Shown piece after piece: positions 31,981 through 42,372 of a stretch of DNA of 64,000 bases. How positions within the stretch are numbered: position 1 is the first letter of the stretch; each line of letters opens with the position of its first letter. The notes beneath the pieces are model-generated. The model was not told the DNA's origin. It saw nothing but the letters and a program-made list of their open reading frames with translations, and made no database searches. Position numbers and translations under genes: made by a program. This DNA comes from a virus (taxonomy: Duplodnaviria; Caudoviricetes): positions 128,001 through 192,000 of IMG/VR virus record IMGVR_UViG_3300031813_000003. One strand, given 5' to 3'.

Positions 31981-32347
31981 GGACTTTATGTTACCATCAA
32001 TTGAAGAATTAAACGAACACATAGATTTTGATGTAAACCATTTGATCATCGTAGCAATTATAGAAGGTGATTTCTTTACCGTAGAGCATATTTGTGCCTA
32101 TGAAAGTAAACCTACTATAGAAGTAGTAGAAGATTTAAAAAGAGAACTCAGCGAAGATGAAGAGTTTGGAATTGACCCTGAAGTTTTAGCCAAATGCACC
32201 TTTGGTGTTTTCAACAAAGATGAATATATCGAATTTATAACTATCTTAGATAAACAAGGAGAAACAAACGAATAAAAGTCTTCCTAAGAGGAACTGAGTA
32301 AATTTTTACTAAATACTAGTAACCTAACTTAGGAGGTTACTAGTATT

Positions 32348-32953
32348 ATGAAAATTTGTGGGATATACAGTATAACAAACTTAACTAATAACAAGCTTTA
32401 TATTGGACTAAGTACAAACATTGAGCAAAGATTTTCTTTCCATAAGAAAAGACTACTCTCTGGTAAACACAAGAATAAACATTTTCAATCATCATTTGAT
32501 AAGAATGGAATAGACAATTTCAAATTTGAAGTAATAGAAATTTGTGAAGACTCTATGTTGTGTGATAGAGAAAAATATTGGATAACTCATTATAAATCAT
32601 TTGATAGAGAATTTGGTTACAATAAAACTTATGGTGGTGAGTTTGGTAGAGTATCTGATGAAGTAAATGAACGTAGAAAAATAAAACTAAGACAATTAAC
32701 AATACCACAAGAACAACGAGATAGAATTAGTAAAACACTCAGCGGAAGGGTTAGACCTAGAGATGAAATTGAACGAGCAGCAAAATCTTGTAGAAAATGT
32801 ACAGATGCTCAGGAACAAGAAGTAGTGAATCTATTTATAGATAGAAAATCAACAACTGAAATTTCTGAATTACTATCACTAAAGAAAACTTTAGTGATAA
32901 GTATATTAAGAAGGAATGGAGTAACTAAAAATGCAAGAAAATCAAACAATTAG
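32348..32953 (+). CDS. GIY-YIG homing endonuclease
   Basis: GIYSITN..NNKLYIG, E..WI, GYN; late promoter with RBS-sequestering hairpin at about 32310-32347. Confidence 0.9.
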   Translation: MKICGIYSITNLTNNKLYIGLSTNIEQRFSFHKKRLLSGKHKNKHFQSSFDKNGIDNFKFEVIEICEDSMLCDREKYWITHYKSFDREFGYNKTYGGEFGRVSDEVNERRKIKLRQLTIPQEQRDRISKTLSGRVRPRDEIERAAKSCRKCTDAQEQEVVNLFIDRKSTTEISELLSLKKTLVISILRRNGVTKNARKSNN

Positions 32954-33338
32954 GGTGTTTCTCGGCGGCACATGCAATGATTCCACATGGAGGGATGAAT
33001 TAATCCCTCTTCTAACTATTGACTACTTCAATCCTGTTGTATCAAACTGGACTCCAGAATGTCAAGATGAAGAAATCATACAACGTGAAACTTGTGATTA
33101 TGTTCTATATGTAATTACTCCAAAGATGACAGGGGTTTATTCTATCGCAGAAGTTGTAGATGATAGTAACAAACGTCCTAAAAAGACACTATTCTGTTAT
33201 CTTGAAGAAGATGAAAAAGAAAAGTTTGAAAAGCACCAAATCAAAGCATTACAAGCAACCTCTAAAATGATTCTTAAAAATGGTGGTTGGGTGTGTAGCT
33301 CCCTCAAAGAAGTTGCAGAATATTTAAATTCCAAATAA
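32931..33338 (+). CDS. Nucleoside 2-deoxyribosyltransferase-like protein
   Basis: VFLGGTCNDSTWR, YFNPVV, YSIAE. Confidence 0.8.
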   Translation: MQENQTIRVFLGGTCNDSTWRDELIPLLTIDYFNPVVSNWTPECQDEEIIQRETCDYVLYVITPKMTGVYSIAEVVDDSNKRPKKTLFCYLEEDEKEKFEKHQIKALQATSKMILKNGGWVCSSLKEVAEYLNSK

Positions 33339-33380
33339 AGTTGACAAACAACTCTCCTTTGTGTTAAGGTGTAAGAAATC

Positions 33381-34148
33381 TTAACACAAAGGAGACTTAG
33401 TTGATATACTCCATCCATTACAATTTAAAGTAGTTTGAGGTCTAATCCTGTTACCTTTAGTTAATTTAGGAATAGAAATACTACCTTTATCGATATATTT
33501 TGGGAAAATATTTTTGGATAGTTTATGTTCATCACAAAAATTATAAAATGTTCCTTGTATTATATACATCACACCTTTTGGATTTGTTATAAATAAAGTT
33601 CGTTTGCTTTTTCTCAAATTTAATTTATGTTCTTCTGTCTGTGGTTTTGATATTCCCTTAGTTCGAACTGATTTTTTAATTTTAGTTTCTTCTGATACAA
33701 CATAACCACCATTTTTAATTCTAGTTTCCTTTGCTTTTGAGGCTTTAGTTATACGTTGGTCTGTTAACATATTGGTTTTTGATCCATTGTTAAGTTGGCC
33801 TTTAGCTAGACCTTTTTCTTTCCTTGTTTTGGAAAGTTTCATAACAGATTCTAGAGAATAGGTTCTACCAATAGAATAGTGTTTACCTCCTGTCACTTGG
33901 TTATAAGTATCAGGTCTAGAAATGAACCATTTATCAACAATTTGCTCTTCTAATTCATATGCATGATCAGAATCAACACAATAATGAAGTATTTGGCATT
34001 TAAAGTTACGTTTTTTATATTTTCTAAAAGCATTTTTGATGCCTATTCCCGAACCTTTATACCCATCATTAAGGTTATAAGTTTCATGAACACCAACATA
34101 GATTTTACCATTAATAAGATTTGTTGTGAGATATACTATATGATACAT
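33381..34148 (-). CDS. Seg-like GIY-YIG homing endonuclease, free-standing, antisense
   Basis: VYLTTNLINGKIYVGVH, Y.GSG, YN...GG, NUMOD3-like tail. Confidence 0.9.
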   Translation of the reverse strand: MYHIVYLTTNLINGKIYVGVHETYNLNDGYKGSGIGIKNAFRKYKKRNFKCQILHYCVDSDHAYELEEQIVDKWFISRPDTYNQVTGGKHYSIGRTYSLESVMKLSKTRKEKGLAKGQLNNGSKTNMLTDQRITKASKAKETRIKNGGYVVSEETKIKKSVRTKGISKPQTEEHKLNLRKSKRTLFITNPKGVMYIIQGTFYNFCDEHKLSKNIFPKYIDKGSISIPKLTKGNRIRPQTTLNCNGWSISTKSPLC

Positions 34149-34154
34149 ACTTTG

Positions 34155-34258
34155 ATTTCTCCTGTAACTTTAAACAGATATGAGAGGGACAGCAGTTTCT
34201 CCTGACTGTTTCCATTCTGTTCCACCAGATGGATTACCTGTTCAATAGTATTTATACA
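34155..34258 (-). promoter_or_regulatory. Late promoter TATAAATA plus structured 5' leader, copy 1
   Basis: Similar to 61620-61720. Confidence 0.7.
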
Positions 34259-34279
34259 AAATAAAATTAAGGATAAGAT

Positions 34280-34879
34280 GTGAAAATTACTTTAGATATG
34301 GATGATGTCCTCCTTCCATTTGTAGAATCATGGAATAAATGGCTTTTTGAAACAGGCAGAACAAATACAATCCTATTGACAGAAGATGTTCTTTCATGGA
34401 CTTGGCATGTAGATAACTTTGGAACAGAAAGTTTAGACTATTTTCTTAATACTCCTTCCAATCCATATAGTACAGTTAAACCATATACTGGAGCAAAGGA
34501 ATTCATTAATTACTGTATCAAAAACTTCGAAGATGTTGAGATACTAACTTCATGCGTCAATTCAGATTCCTTTCAAGAAAAACTCAAATTTTGTGAAAGA
34601 GAATTTGAGTTTGACCGTGTGATCCCATGTTACACAAGGGCAGACAAATTCAAGAAAACAAAAGACAGAGTTCTTATCGATGATTATCCAGCACAGATCA
34701 TCAATCATGTAGCACATAACAATTCCCCAGGCATCATCTTCAACAAGCAACAAAAATATGGATGGGGGAGGTTACAAGATTATAAGACTATGATTGATGA
34801 AATGACCCCTGATATGAATCTGTTACATGTTGCCAGCAACTACGGTGATGTAATAAAACAATTAGAGGTCATTAAATGA
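34280..34879 (+). CDS. 5'(3')-deoxyribonucleotidase (HAD)
   Basis: LDMDDVL, LIDD. Confidence 0.85.
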   Translation: MKITLDMDDVLLPFVESWNKWLFETGRTNTILLTEDVLSWTWHVDNFGTESLDYFLNTPSNPYSTVKPYTGAKEFINYCIKNFEDVEILTSCVNSDSFQEKLKFCEREFEFDRVIPCYTRADKFKKTKDRVLIDDYPAQIINHVAHNNSPGIIFNKQQKYGWGRLQDYKTMIDEMTPDMNLLHVASNYGDVIKQLEVIK

Positions 34880-35646
34880 AAACACTAGTAGCATATTGTG
34901 GTCGCCTTGGAAGTGGTAAAAATTATCAGATGATGAAACAAGTTGATCAGTTAAAAGATACAGGACATACAATCTATCTGGTTTCTTTTGCTGACCCTAT
35001 CAAAAAGATTCTATGTGATTCTTTTGGTCTAACAAAAGCAGGTAAAGACCCTGAGTTTGAGATTACTTTACTTTCAAGAAATTTTGTTAAATTACAAGTA
35101 GTTGAACCATTAATAAACTTGGCATTTGAAATTAATCCATTTGGCAATCTTGGAAAAATTTCACAAGAAGTTACGGAAATATATAACAAACACGAAGATG
35201 AGTTTTATGCTTATGTGTTTGGTGCTATAGCAGGATTTGATCTAGAGCGACCTTCAATTGGAGTTGATTACAACTATGCTTTCCGTAGGTTGGGTCAAAT
35301 GTTGGGAACAGAACTTGGAAGAGCAGTCAAGGATACAATTTGGATTGATCTTGCTATCAATAGGGTGAAGACAGTATTTGAGTCCGATCTTGCTGATTAT
35401 GCATTCATTGCTGATTGTCGATTTATGAATGAATATTATGCGGTAAATGATTTCAAATACAATACAAAGTATGATAGTAAAGTTTATGGTGTTCAGGCAA
35501 CAGATGAAACAAGATCACTTAGACGAAAACTATCCCTAGAAGAACTTAAAAGACAAGACCAACATGGGTCAGAGGTTGAAGTAGATAGTATCATTGCCCT
35601 ACTTCCAGAAGATTATGTGATTGATAATAACAGTAAAGGTGAATAA
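34876..35646 (+). CDS. dNMP kinase (T4 gp1-like)
   Basis: GRLGSGK, SFADPIK, Q.LGTELGR, DCRF.NE. Confidence 0.85.
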   Translation: MKTLVAYCGRLGSGKNYQMMKQVDQLKDTGHTIYLVSFADPIKKILCDSFGLTKAGKDPEFEITLLSRNFVKLQVVEPLINLAFEINPFGNLGKISQEVTEIYNKHEDEFYAYVFGAIAGFDLERPSIGVDYNYAFRRLGQMLGTELGRAVKDTIWIDLAINRVKTVFESDLADYAFIADCRFMNEYYAVNDFKYNTKYDSKVYGVQATDETRSLRRKLSLEELKRQDQHGSEVEVDSIIALLPEDYVIDNNSKGE

Positions 35647-35914
35647 ATATGAATTTTGTAATTGTCTCATTTATAATTAGAGTGTTTTGGTATATGATTG
35701 TATTCACTCTTGGGGATAAATATCTGGTTGAGTCATATCCTTGTACTTGTATGATGTTCGGTGCTGTGTCGTGTTTGTTAGTTAATGGACTGGTTAACTT
35801 TATAGAAGATGTAGGTAATTTTCAAGATGGTGAAATTTATTAATTGACATAAAATCCTCTTTTTGGTAAGATGGATCATAAGTTGATCACAAATCAAACC
35901 AAAGAGAGGTTTAC

Positions 35915-36577
35915 ATGTTGACTTTCAAGAACTTACCTTTACTTACCGCTCATGCTCCTTCCATTACTGGTGATAGGGCGAAGTTTATCAACGAGACAAA
36001 GCGTGTTGTTGAACTGAAATCCCTTGAGGATATCAACATCGAAATTGAAGTTTCCAAACGGTGTAAACGTGTTGCGGGAAATATCACCACCAAAGGGTTA
36101 GGAAGATTACTGATTGAAAGGCCCTCGCAATACAGCAAAGCAATGCTGAAAAGGCTGATCGGAATAAAAAGAAAAGAAGCACTCAAAAACTGTAAAAACT
36201 TCAAAATCAATGTGTCATATGATTACTACATTGAATTTGGGATTGATCGTATCATTGGTACCCTGCGTCATGAAATCGCACACCTGATCACCTGTATCAC
36301 TGTGGGTGAAATGAATCATGACTCTCTCTTCAAAAGAATTTGTGTTGAGCTTGGCGGAACCATGAATGAACAGATGGCAGGACGTACTTATGCTGCTTCT
36401 GCTTCTGCTGAGTATGTTAGGGGAAACATCAAAGGGTATAAGTATGTTTATACTTGTGCTTGTGGTGCTACCATATCTCGCAAAGTAAGAATACAAGATC
36501 GGACGAAAAAAGCTAAGTGTTGTTCTAAATGTAGAACCAATCTTGGACTCTGGAAAGAAGAAAAGGTTGCCGTATGA
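35915..36577 (+). CDS. SprT-like zinc metalloprotease
   Basis: HEIAH, H...F, C-terminal CAC...CSKC. Confidence 0.85.
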   Translation: MLTFKNLPLLTAHAPSITGDRAKFINETKRVVELKSLEDINIEIEVSKRCKRVAGNITTKGLGRLLIERPSQYSKAMLKRLIGIKRKEALKNCKNFKINVSYDYYIEFGIDRIIGTLRHEIAHLITCITVGEMNHDSLFKRICVELGGTMNEQMAGRTYAASASAEYVRGNIKGYKYVYTCACGATISRKVRIQDRTKKAKCCSKCRTNLGLWKEEKVAV

Positions 36578-37048
36578 ATAATAGATTCAATATGTTTACT
36601 GTTAGTAAGAGATTTTTTATAGAAACTCTTAGTAGAAGAAATCTCAGGGAACAGGTTTATATCTCAAATCATTTCGTCAATCGTTACAATGAAAGAAGAT
36701 TAGACCCAGGAGAAGTTCATAAACTTTTAAACAAATTCGCAGATCATGTATGTGAAATCTTATATGAATTTGAAGTTGGGAACAAACCAAAAGTGGAGTA
36801 TGGCAACTTGGTGTTGCAACTGTCTTACAATGGGAATAAACTCATTTTCATGACAGTATATGATAAAACCGTAAGAGATTAAAACAAAGGAGAAACAAAA
36901 AATGAAAAAGCCTGAACCTATTTGTCTCTGCAAGACCTGTGGTAAATCTTCAAATGCAGGAAATAGCTGCCTCTATGAAGAAAAAGAAAGGATGGCAGCA
37001 TGTCCTTCATTTATCCGAATGAAGACAAAGAAAACTGTTAAGAAGTAA

Positions 37049-37495
37049 ATGGCAAAGCAGTTTGATCCACAGTTGCATAAGGACAATGACCCTAGGGGTA
37101 GAGCTAAAGCAATTGAAATTCTATCCACTGTTGCCAAGGGTAAAATAATCGAAGAATCAAAATCCAAATATGATATTGATTTGACAATCAGAAATCAAGA
37201 TGGTTCAATTTGTTGTTATGTAGAGGTTGAAGTCAAAAACTCTGGTTGGTATCAAAAAGATAGTTTCCCATTTGCACACGATGGGATCGATATTCCATAC
37301 AGAAAGAAGAAGTTCTTCGAAGGTGAGGGCATCAGGAAATACATGCTCTTCAATTCTGGTTTAACTGCTTATTTCTTATTGGATAAATCAGATATTATCA
37401 ATTGCCCTGTAGTCAGGAAAGATACGTGGAACGAGAAAAATGATCTGTTCTACAGGGTTCCATACAAACCAGAGTTTTTGAAAAACAAATTTTGA
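37049..37495 (+). CDS. PD-(D/E)XK-like nuclease domain protein
   Basis: IDL...VEVEVK motif. Confidence 0.55.
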   Translation: MAKQFDPQLHKDNDPRGRAKAIEILSTVAKGKIIEESKSKYDIDLTIRNQDGSICCYVEVEVKNSGWYQKDSFPFAHDGIDIPYRKKKFFEGEGIRKYMLFNSGLTAYFLLDKSDIINCPVVRKDTWNEKNDLFYRVPYKPEFLKNKF

Positions 37496-39143
37496 TTTTT
37501 AAATTGACAGTTAAATGATCTTCTGGTAGATTGTTATTACATTCTACGACAAAGGAGATTACAAAATGAAAAAAGTCATCAACAAGGGTAACTGGTCTGG
37601 TGAAACTGTTGAAATCTCTTTCGTAAAGAACGTTTTATCTTTGCCTAACATTGGTAAATTCAACATCATTGAAACCAGTTCCAAGGAAATGAAATCTTTG
37701 GGATTTACCGAGTTCTCTGTTGTTGGAACAGCTGACTCTGATTTCAACGGTGTAGAACTAGTGAAAGTTACTGGTATGCTCTGGAGAGGGAAAACTGATT
37801 ACACCGCAGAGAAATATGGTTGTGTTATCTACGGTGAAGAAATGGTTGTTGTCGCAGCACAAATGTTGTATAGCATAATTTAATCCAAAGGAGACGAAAT
37901 GGAATACAAAGCTTGCATCATGCTTGATGGTGAAGAATTCGTAGTTTTAACTGACGATGGTTCTAATTTCACCGAAAAAGAAGCAATGAATTTCTGTGAA
38001 GTTTATAGTAAGTCTGAAGCTATTTATTACATTAATACCGATAAAGGTATCCTTAGTATCCCAAATCTTCAGAATAAAAACGTCTACTTCATCTGCAAAC
38101 CAATCTAAGGAGAGTAAAATGTATCATAATGTTCGTGACTCCAAAGGACGCTTCACAACTGGAACTTCACAAAGTGGAACCATGTTGACTACCCCTCCAT
38201 TGACAGGGGCATTCGATCCTACACAGTCTAAAAAGGACTTCTATCTGGACAAATTGAAGCATGGAGTATACACGGTTACCCATGAACGTAAAAACGGTAT
38301 TACAGCCACAAATTCGTTCACTCTGCTCCCTGCTTACCTTACCGGATACGTTGGTAAGGGTTCTTCGAAATCTGCTCCTTCTGACCTGATTTTCGCTTAT
38401 GAGATCAATGATCAGAGATTCTATGGAATCGATGTGAATTCAATCTCCTACTTCGAAGAAGAATAAATGTTTGTACTAAGACATTACAATATACCAACTG
38501 CATACAATTGTACTCACTGTTTGGCTAAAGGAGTACAACACGAAGTGATTGATGTACCTGGGCCTCCAACTACAAGTAGTTCATGTTGGGGAGCAGGGAT
38601 ACCAACTATATTCAAAGAGTGTACTGGTTGTGGTGATCGTGATGGAGGTTGGGTTAACGCCGATTTTGTGGAGGGTTGATATGAAACCATTCTTCATTAA
38701 CCACAGCCATTTAATGGCAATACTGGAAACATATATGAAAGATACAAAACAGATCAAGCAGAATGAATATGTTGCTGGAATGTGGGAAGATACCAAAGGT
38801 GGAGAAATCATTTATGGTTTCAATATTGAGGTATATAAAAACTAATAAAGGAATCTATTCATGGGTAAGCACAATAAGAAACATGTTCCATCGACACTAT
38901 TCCCTACCAAAATGAGGTTGGGAACTCTAGAGGAATGTGAAGCTGCTCTAAACGAAGCAAAAGAGTGGTTAGAGTGCGCTTCCAGATCAGCACCGTTTGC
39001 TACCTATGATTCAAGTTGTAGACTTGCCGTAGCTGAATATGTTGCAAATAAAGCAGGGTATACAATTTACGATTGTAGAGAAGATAAATAAATTTGTAAT
39101 TTAAATTGACAACTAAATAGAAGTATGGTAGAGTGGTTTTATT

Positions 39144-39460
39144 GATACACAAAATGTTTAGTGTATCTCGGCTTGCTTATCTGCTGCGGTTGGTAAACGA
39201 ACGGGATTCACTACCAATGAGCTTGAGACTTAGATGGGGAACCGAAGCTAAGAAGTCAATCAGGGAACTGGAGCCAAAGTATCGGCGTAGAAGGTGATGA
39301 TCTGAATGGTGTTAATCACTAACTGACTTTAAATTAGGAACGCACTCATTGGATTATGCAGTAAGGTTCTGAATCACCTTGGGTAATCCCGAAAGATTTA
39401 TATTTCGAATCTATCATTACATAGGATCAACTCACCTAGGGTAGACCCAAAACGAGTTTT
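39144..39460 (+). ncRNA. Unassigned ~300 nt structured RNA candidate
   Basis: Promoter at 39106; no ORF; several complementary segment pairs, some crossing. Confidence 0.6.
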
Positions 39461-39627
39461 TAAATTTATTTTGAATTAAAGTTGACAAGCATAAATAAGT
39501 ATGATAGAATGTTTTAAGTAAGATGAAAACGAATTAAATGTGTGATCTGCTTCATGTAAGCCTCCCATTTATTCTGTTTAAATCCACTACAAAAATATTT
39601 TACTAAATAGTAGTATAAGATATAAAT

Positions 39628-39701
39628 GTGTCGTTAGTTCAATGGTAGAGCAACAGGCTGTAACCCTGTTAATGGTGGTTCGAGTCCATCACGGCGCACC
39701 A
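39628..39701 (+). tRNA. tRNA-Tyr(GTA), short variable arm
   Basis: Loop CTGTAAC; CCA end. Confidence 0.9.
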
Positions 39702-39712
39702 AAATTTAATAT

Positions 39713-39792
39713 GCGGGTAGCACTTAGGCATGAGGTATGTCAGTAGCCTTCCAAGCTATCGTTAAGGTGTTCGATTCACCCTATCCGCTCCA
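39713..39792 (+). tRNA. tRNA-Gly(TCC)
   Basis: Loop CTTCCAA; CCA end. Confidence 0.85.
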
Positions 39793-39862
39793 TAAATTTA
39801 ACAGCAAATTTATTTTGCTAAATACTATCATAAGAAGTATAAATTTGAAAAGAGGAACCGTT

Positions 39863-40015
39863 ATGAAACAATTTGAGTCAAGATCACAGATAGCAGCACA
39901 ATGGCATACAATGCCCATGTCCCTCTGCGCCATGACTCCGGTTCTATCCTTAGATGCAGTAGCACAAAAAAATAATAATGATATTCGCTTTAATAGCGAG
40001 GTAACCCTCACTTAA
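39863..40015 (+). CDS. 50-aa leader-peptide candidate
   Basis: GAGG RBS, upstream CTAAATA, downstream terminator. Confidence 0.6.
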   Translation: MKQFESRSQIAAQWHTMPMSLCAMTPVLSLDAVAQKNNNDIRFNSEVTLT

Positions 40016-40042
40016 AGTATGTCAACAGAAAAGTATTAAGAG

Positions 40043-40080
40043 AATCCTCTTGACTTAACTGTTAAGAGGATTTTTAGTTT
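40043..40080 (+). terminator. Intrinsic terminator just before the main tRNA array
   Basis: AATCCTCTTGAC-TTAACT-GTTAAGAGGATT followed by a T-tract. Confidence 0.8.
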
Positions 40081-40083
40081 TAT

Positions 40084-40158
40084 GCACCGTGAGTCAGCAG
40101 GAGTGGACATTAGCCTTTCAAGCTAAGTAGATGGGATCGATACCCATACGGTGTACCA
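40084..40158 (+). tRNA. tRNA-Glu(TTC)
   Basis: Loop CTTTCAA; CCA end. Confidence 0.85.
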
Positions 40159-40167
40159 AAAGTTAAT

Positions 40168-40245
40168 AGTGAGAGGGGTAAATCGGGTGTGAACTTCTAG
40201 TGTCGTTAGGTCACACTAATTACACAGATTCCGTAAATCCTCCAT
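40168..40245 (+). ncRNA. Possible divergent copy of the AUACUUC small-RNA motif
   Basis: Outer stem GAGG/CCTC, inner GTGT/ACAC, AACTTC then a hairpin. Confidence 0.45.
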
Positions 40246-40254
40246 TAAAATTAT

Positions 40255-40327
40255 ACTCAGATCGTCTAAAGTAGGATGCTCCATGTTGAGGGAGTGACGA
40301 AGTGGTAACGTACTTCTCTGAGTGCCA
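40255..40327 (+). tRNA. Atypical tRNA-Asn(GTT)-like
   Basis: 7-bp acceptor, G73, CCA; irregular anticodon loop and T-loop. Confidence 0.55.
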
Positions 40328-40341
40328 AAATTAAATATTAT

Positions 40342-40416
40342 CAATGTGTAGGCTAAAGGCTAGTCGCTACGTTTGGGGCGTAGATCATGCAGGTTCGATC
40401 CCTGTCACACTGACCA
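40342..40416 (+). tRNA. tRNA-Pro(TGG)
   Basis: Loop TTTGGGG; CCA end. Confidence 0.88.
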
Positions 40417-40421
40417 AATTT

Positions 40422-40495
40422 GGGGCATTAGTTTAACGGGAAAACGTTGGCCTTGCAAGTCGAAGACAGGAGTTCGATTCTCCTATGCTCCACCA
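40422..40495 (+). tRNA. tRNA-Ala(TGC)
   Basis: G3:U70; loop CTTGCAA. Confidence 0.92.
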
Positions 40496-40508
40496 ATTTT
40501 AGTAACAT

Positions 40509-40584
40509 CAGCTAATGTGATAATCTGGTAGTCGCCCTGATCTGGAATCAGGAGGTTTCGGTTCAAATCCGAATTAGCTGACCA
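40509..40584 (+). tRNA. tRNA-Pro(TGG), C33 variant
   Basis: Loop TCTGGAA; C1:G72. Confidence 0.8.
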
Positions 40585-40669
40585 ATTTTGAAGTCTACTC
40601 ACAAGGGTATAACTGAGTGGCGTAAGTCTGACAGAGACACAAAGTGTGCCAGAACTTTGATTAACAAAT

Positions 40670-40744
40670 GGTCTATTGTTGTAGTGGTAGCAATACTAGC
40701 TTGTCAAGCTTGAGGCGAGGGTTCGATTCCCTCATAGATCGCCA
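40670..40744 (+). tRNA. tRNA-Asp(GTC)
   Basis: Loop TTGTCAA; G73. Confidence 0.88.
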
Positions 40745-40909
40745 AACAAAGGAATGAAATGTCTTCATATTACACATGGGCAAAAAGACCTAACAGCACT
40801 ACATTTGAATCAGTTGCTATGTTAGATGATTACTTTGGCCCATACAGATACGGTGTGATGTTTAATGATGGTAAAGTTTATCCAGTAAATGAATGTGAAG
40901 TAAAAACAC

Positions 40910-41060
40910 TATGTGGTTAGATGAACCAATATCATTAGATATACACCATAAAGATGGTAACAATAAAAAACAATGATATTGATAATACTGAATTACTTTG
41001 TCCTAATTGTCATAGAATGACTGATAATTTTGGTTTTAAAGGTAAAACACATAAAAAATT
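40910..41060 (+). pseudogene. HNH endonuclease remnant
   Basis: LDIHHKDGN...ELLCPNCH across a frameshift; no N-terminus. Confidence 0.6.
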
Positions 41061-41134
41061 GGCCGATAAACATAAAATTAATGTGCTAGGTTCTGAGCCT
41101 AGAAAAGAGGGCGAGTTACCTTCATCGGTTGCCA
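41061..41134 (+). tRNA. tRNA-Gln(CTG), non-canonical T-loop
   Basis: Loop TTCTGAG; CCA end. Confidence 0.7.
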
Positions 41135-41138
41135 ATAT

Positions 41139-41212
41139 AGGGGATTAGCATAAAAGTAATGTTACAGCCTTTGAAGCTGAAGAAAGAGGGGCAGTACCTC
41201 TATCCTTTGCCA
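41139..41212 (+). tRNA. tRNA-Gln(TTG), non-canonical T-loop
   Basis: Loop CTTTGAA; CCA end. Confidence 0.75.
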
Positions 41213-41221
41213 ATTAAATGT

Positions 41222-41307
41222 TCCCTAGTGGTGAAATGGCAGCCACAGCACACTGTTAATGTGCCGCAGAAATGCAATTGTTCGTTCAAGTCGGACCTAG
41301 GGAGCCA
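41222..41307 (+). tRNA. tRNA-Asn(GTT), long variable arm
   Basis: Loop CTGTTAA; G73. Confidence 0.85.
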
Positions 41308-41324
41308 AAAATTAAATAGAACAT

Positions 41325-41417
41325 TCCCTCGTACTCTAACTGGCAAGAGGAACGGCTGTTAACCGTTTGTAATCCACCTTGAGTGGTATCCCTGTTCGAC
41401 TCAGGGCGAGGGAGCCA
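41325..41417 (+). tRNA. tRNA-Asn(GTT), long variable arm
   Basis: Loop CTGTTAA; G73. Confidence 0.85.
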
Positions 41418-41418
41418 A

Positions 41419-41494
41419 TTTTGTGTAGTGTAGCGGTAGCACACTTGCCGCATTAAGGTGAGAAGGTCAGGTTCGAATCCTGACATAAGAGTTA
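41419..41494 (+). tRNA. Degenerate tRNA (ATT loop, no CCA)
   Basis: Good D and T arms; loop GCATTAA. Confidence 0.5.
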
Positions 41495-41502
41495 TAAATT
41501 AT

Positions 41503-41580
41503 GGATCGGTGATGTCAACGGATTAACATACTCGCCTTTTAAGCGATGATATCAGGGTTCGAATCCCTGTCGATCCACCA
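41503..41580 (+). tRNA. tRNA-Lys(TTT)
   Basis: Loop CTTTTAA. Confidence 0.88.
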
Positions 41581-41590
41581 AATAGTATAT

Positions 41591-41665
41591 GGGGTTAAAA
41601 CATTAATAGTGATGTACTTGGTTCTTACCCAAGAGAAGAGGGAGCATTACCTTCTAGCCCTACCA
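41591..41665 (+). tRNA. tRNA-Lys(CTT), non-canonical T-loop
   Basis: Loop TTCTTAC. Confidence 0.75.
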
Positions 41666-41677
41666 AACAATTTAAAT

Positions 41678-41763
41678 GGACGCTTCACTCAACGGTAGAG
41701 TACCTGACTTTTAATCAGGAGAGGTTTACCTCATTATGGGTTCGATTCCCCTAGCGTTCACCA
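41678..41763 (+). tRNA. tRNA-Lys(TTT), long variable arm
   Basis: Loop CTTTTAA. Confidence 0.85.
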
Positions 41764-41769
41764 AATTAT

Positions 41770-41843
41770 CAGTTCAAAGTTGCAAAGCGTGATCCACTCA
41801 TTGGGAGTGGAGGTCTTAGGGTAGCGTCTGAGTGAACTGACCA
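41770..41843 (+). tRNA. Atypical tRNA-Pro-like
   Basis: C1:G72, A73, CCA; offset ATTGGGA loop. Confidence 0.5.
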
Positions 41844-41852
41844 AAGTTTTAT

Positions 41853-41925
41853 GGAGTGATAGTATAAGCTGTGCAGCGTCCATGAAGGGACGTTAGAGAG
41901 GGGTAGCGTCCTTTATGCTCCACCA
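41853..41925 (+). tRNA. Atypical tRNA-Phe(GAA)-like
   Basis: Acceptor stem and CCA; irregular loop ATGAAG. Confidence 0.5.
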
Positions 41926-41930
41926 AACAT

Positions 41931-42001
41931 GGCTGATCATCAAGGATGAGCGAATCCTCATAAGGTTTGTTAGGTAGGAGCGTTACCTACATCAGCTACC
42001 A
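41931..42001 (+). tRNA. tRNA-Met/Ile2(CAT)
   Basis: Loop CTCATAA; short D arm. Confidence 0.75.
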
Positions 42002-42372
42002 AAATAAAATGTCAATTAAAATTGACAAGTGACTATAAAGTGTAGTAAGGTAGACAAATCAAAAGGAGAAACAACTATGCATTCTTCTACAGTTGACAAT
42101 CTACATAAGAAAAGTGTTGTCTCTGACATTGGTATCGGAGGGTGGAAGTGTAGATGTTGTGCATTCCCTAAAGAACATATAAAAGAGTATAAACGTTTTG
42201 CAAAACACAGAGCTAAAAGAGAGAACAAAAAGTTTGATAGGATTGCAGAAGGTGATTAATTGTACTTCTGGAGAAAGAATCAGAGCAATTGTATTCATGT
42301 CTCAAATGAATATGAAGGATAACGAAACAAATTTCAATTTGATTATAAATCACTTTAGAGGAATTAACGAAA

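Noticed and set aside
39144-39460. RNase P RNA
   Set aside because: Conserved GAGGAAAGUCC and 3' P4 motifs are not present
40590-40657. Hammerhead ribozyme
   Set aside because: CTGACAGA resembles but does not match CUGANGA, and the GAAA/UH core is absent
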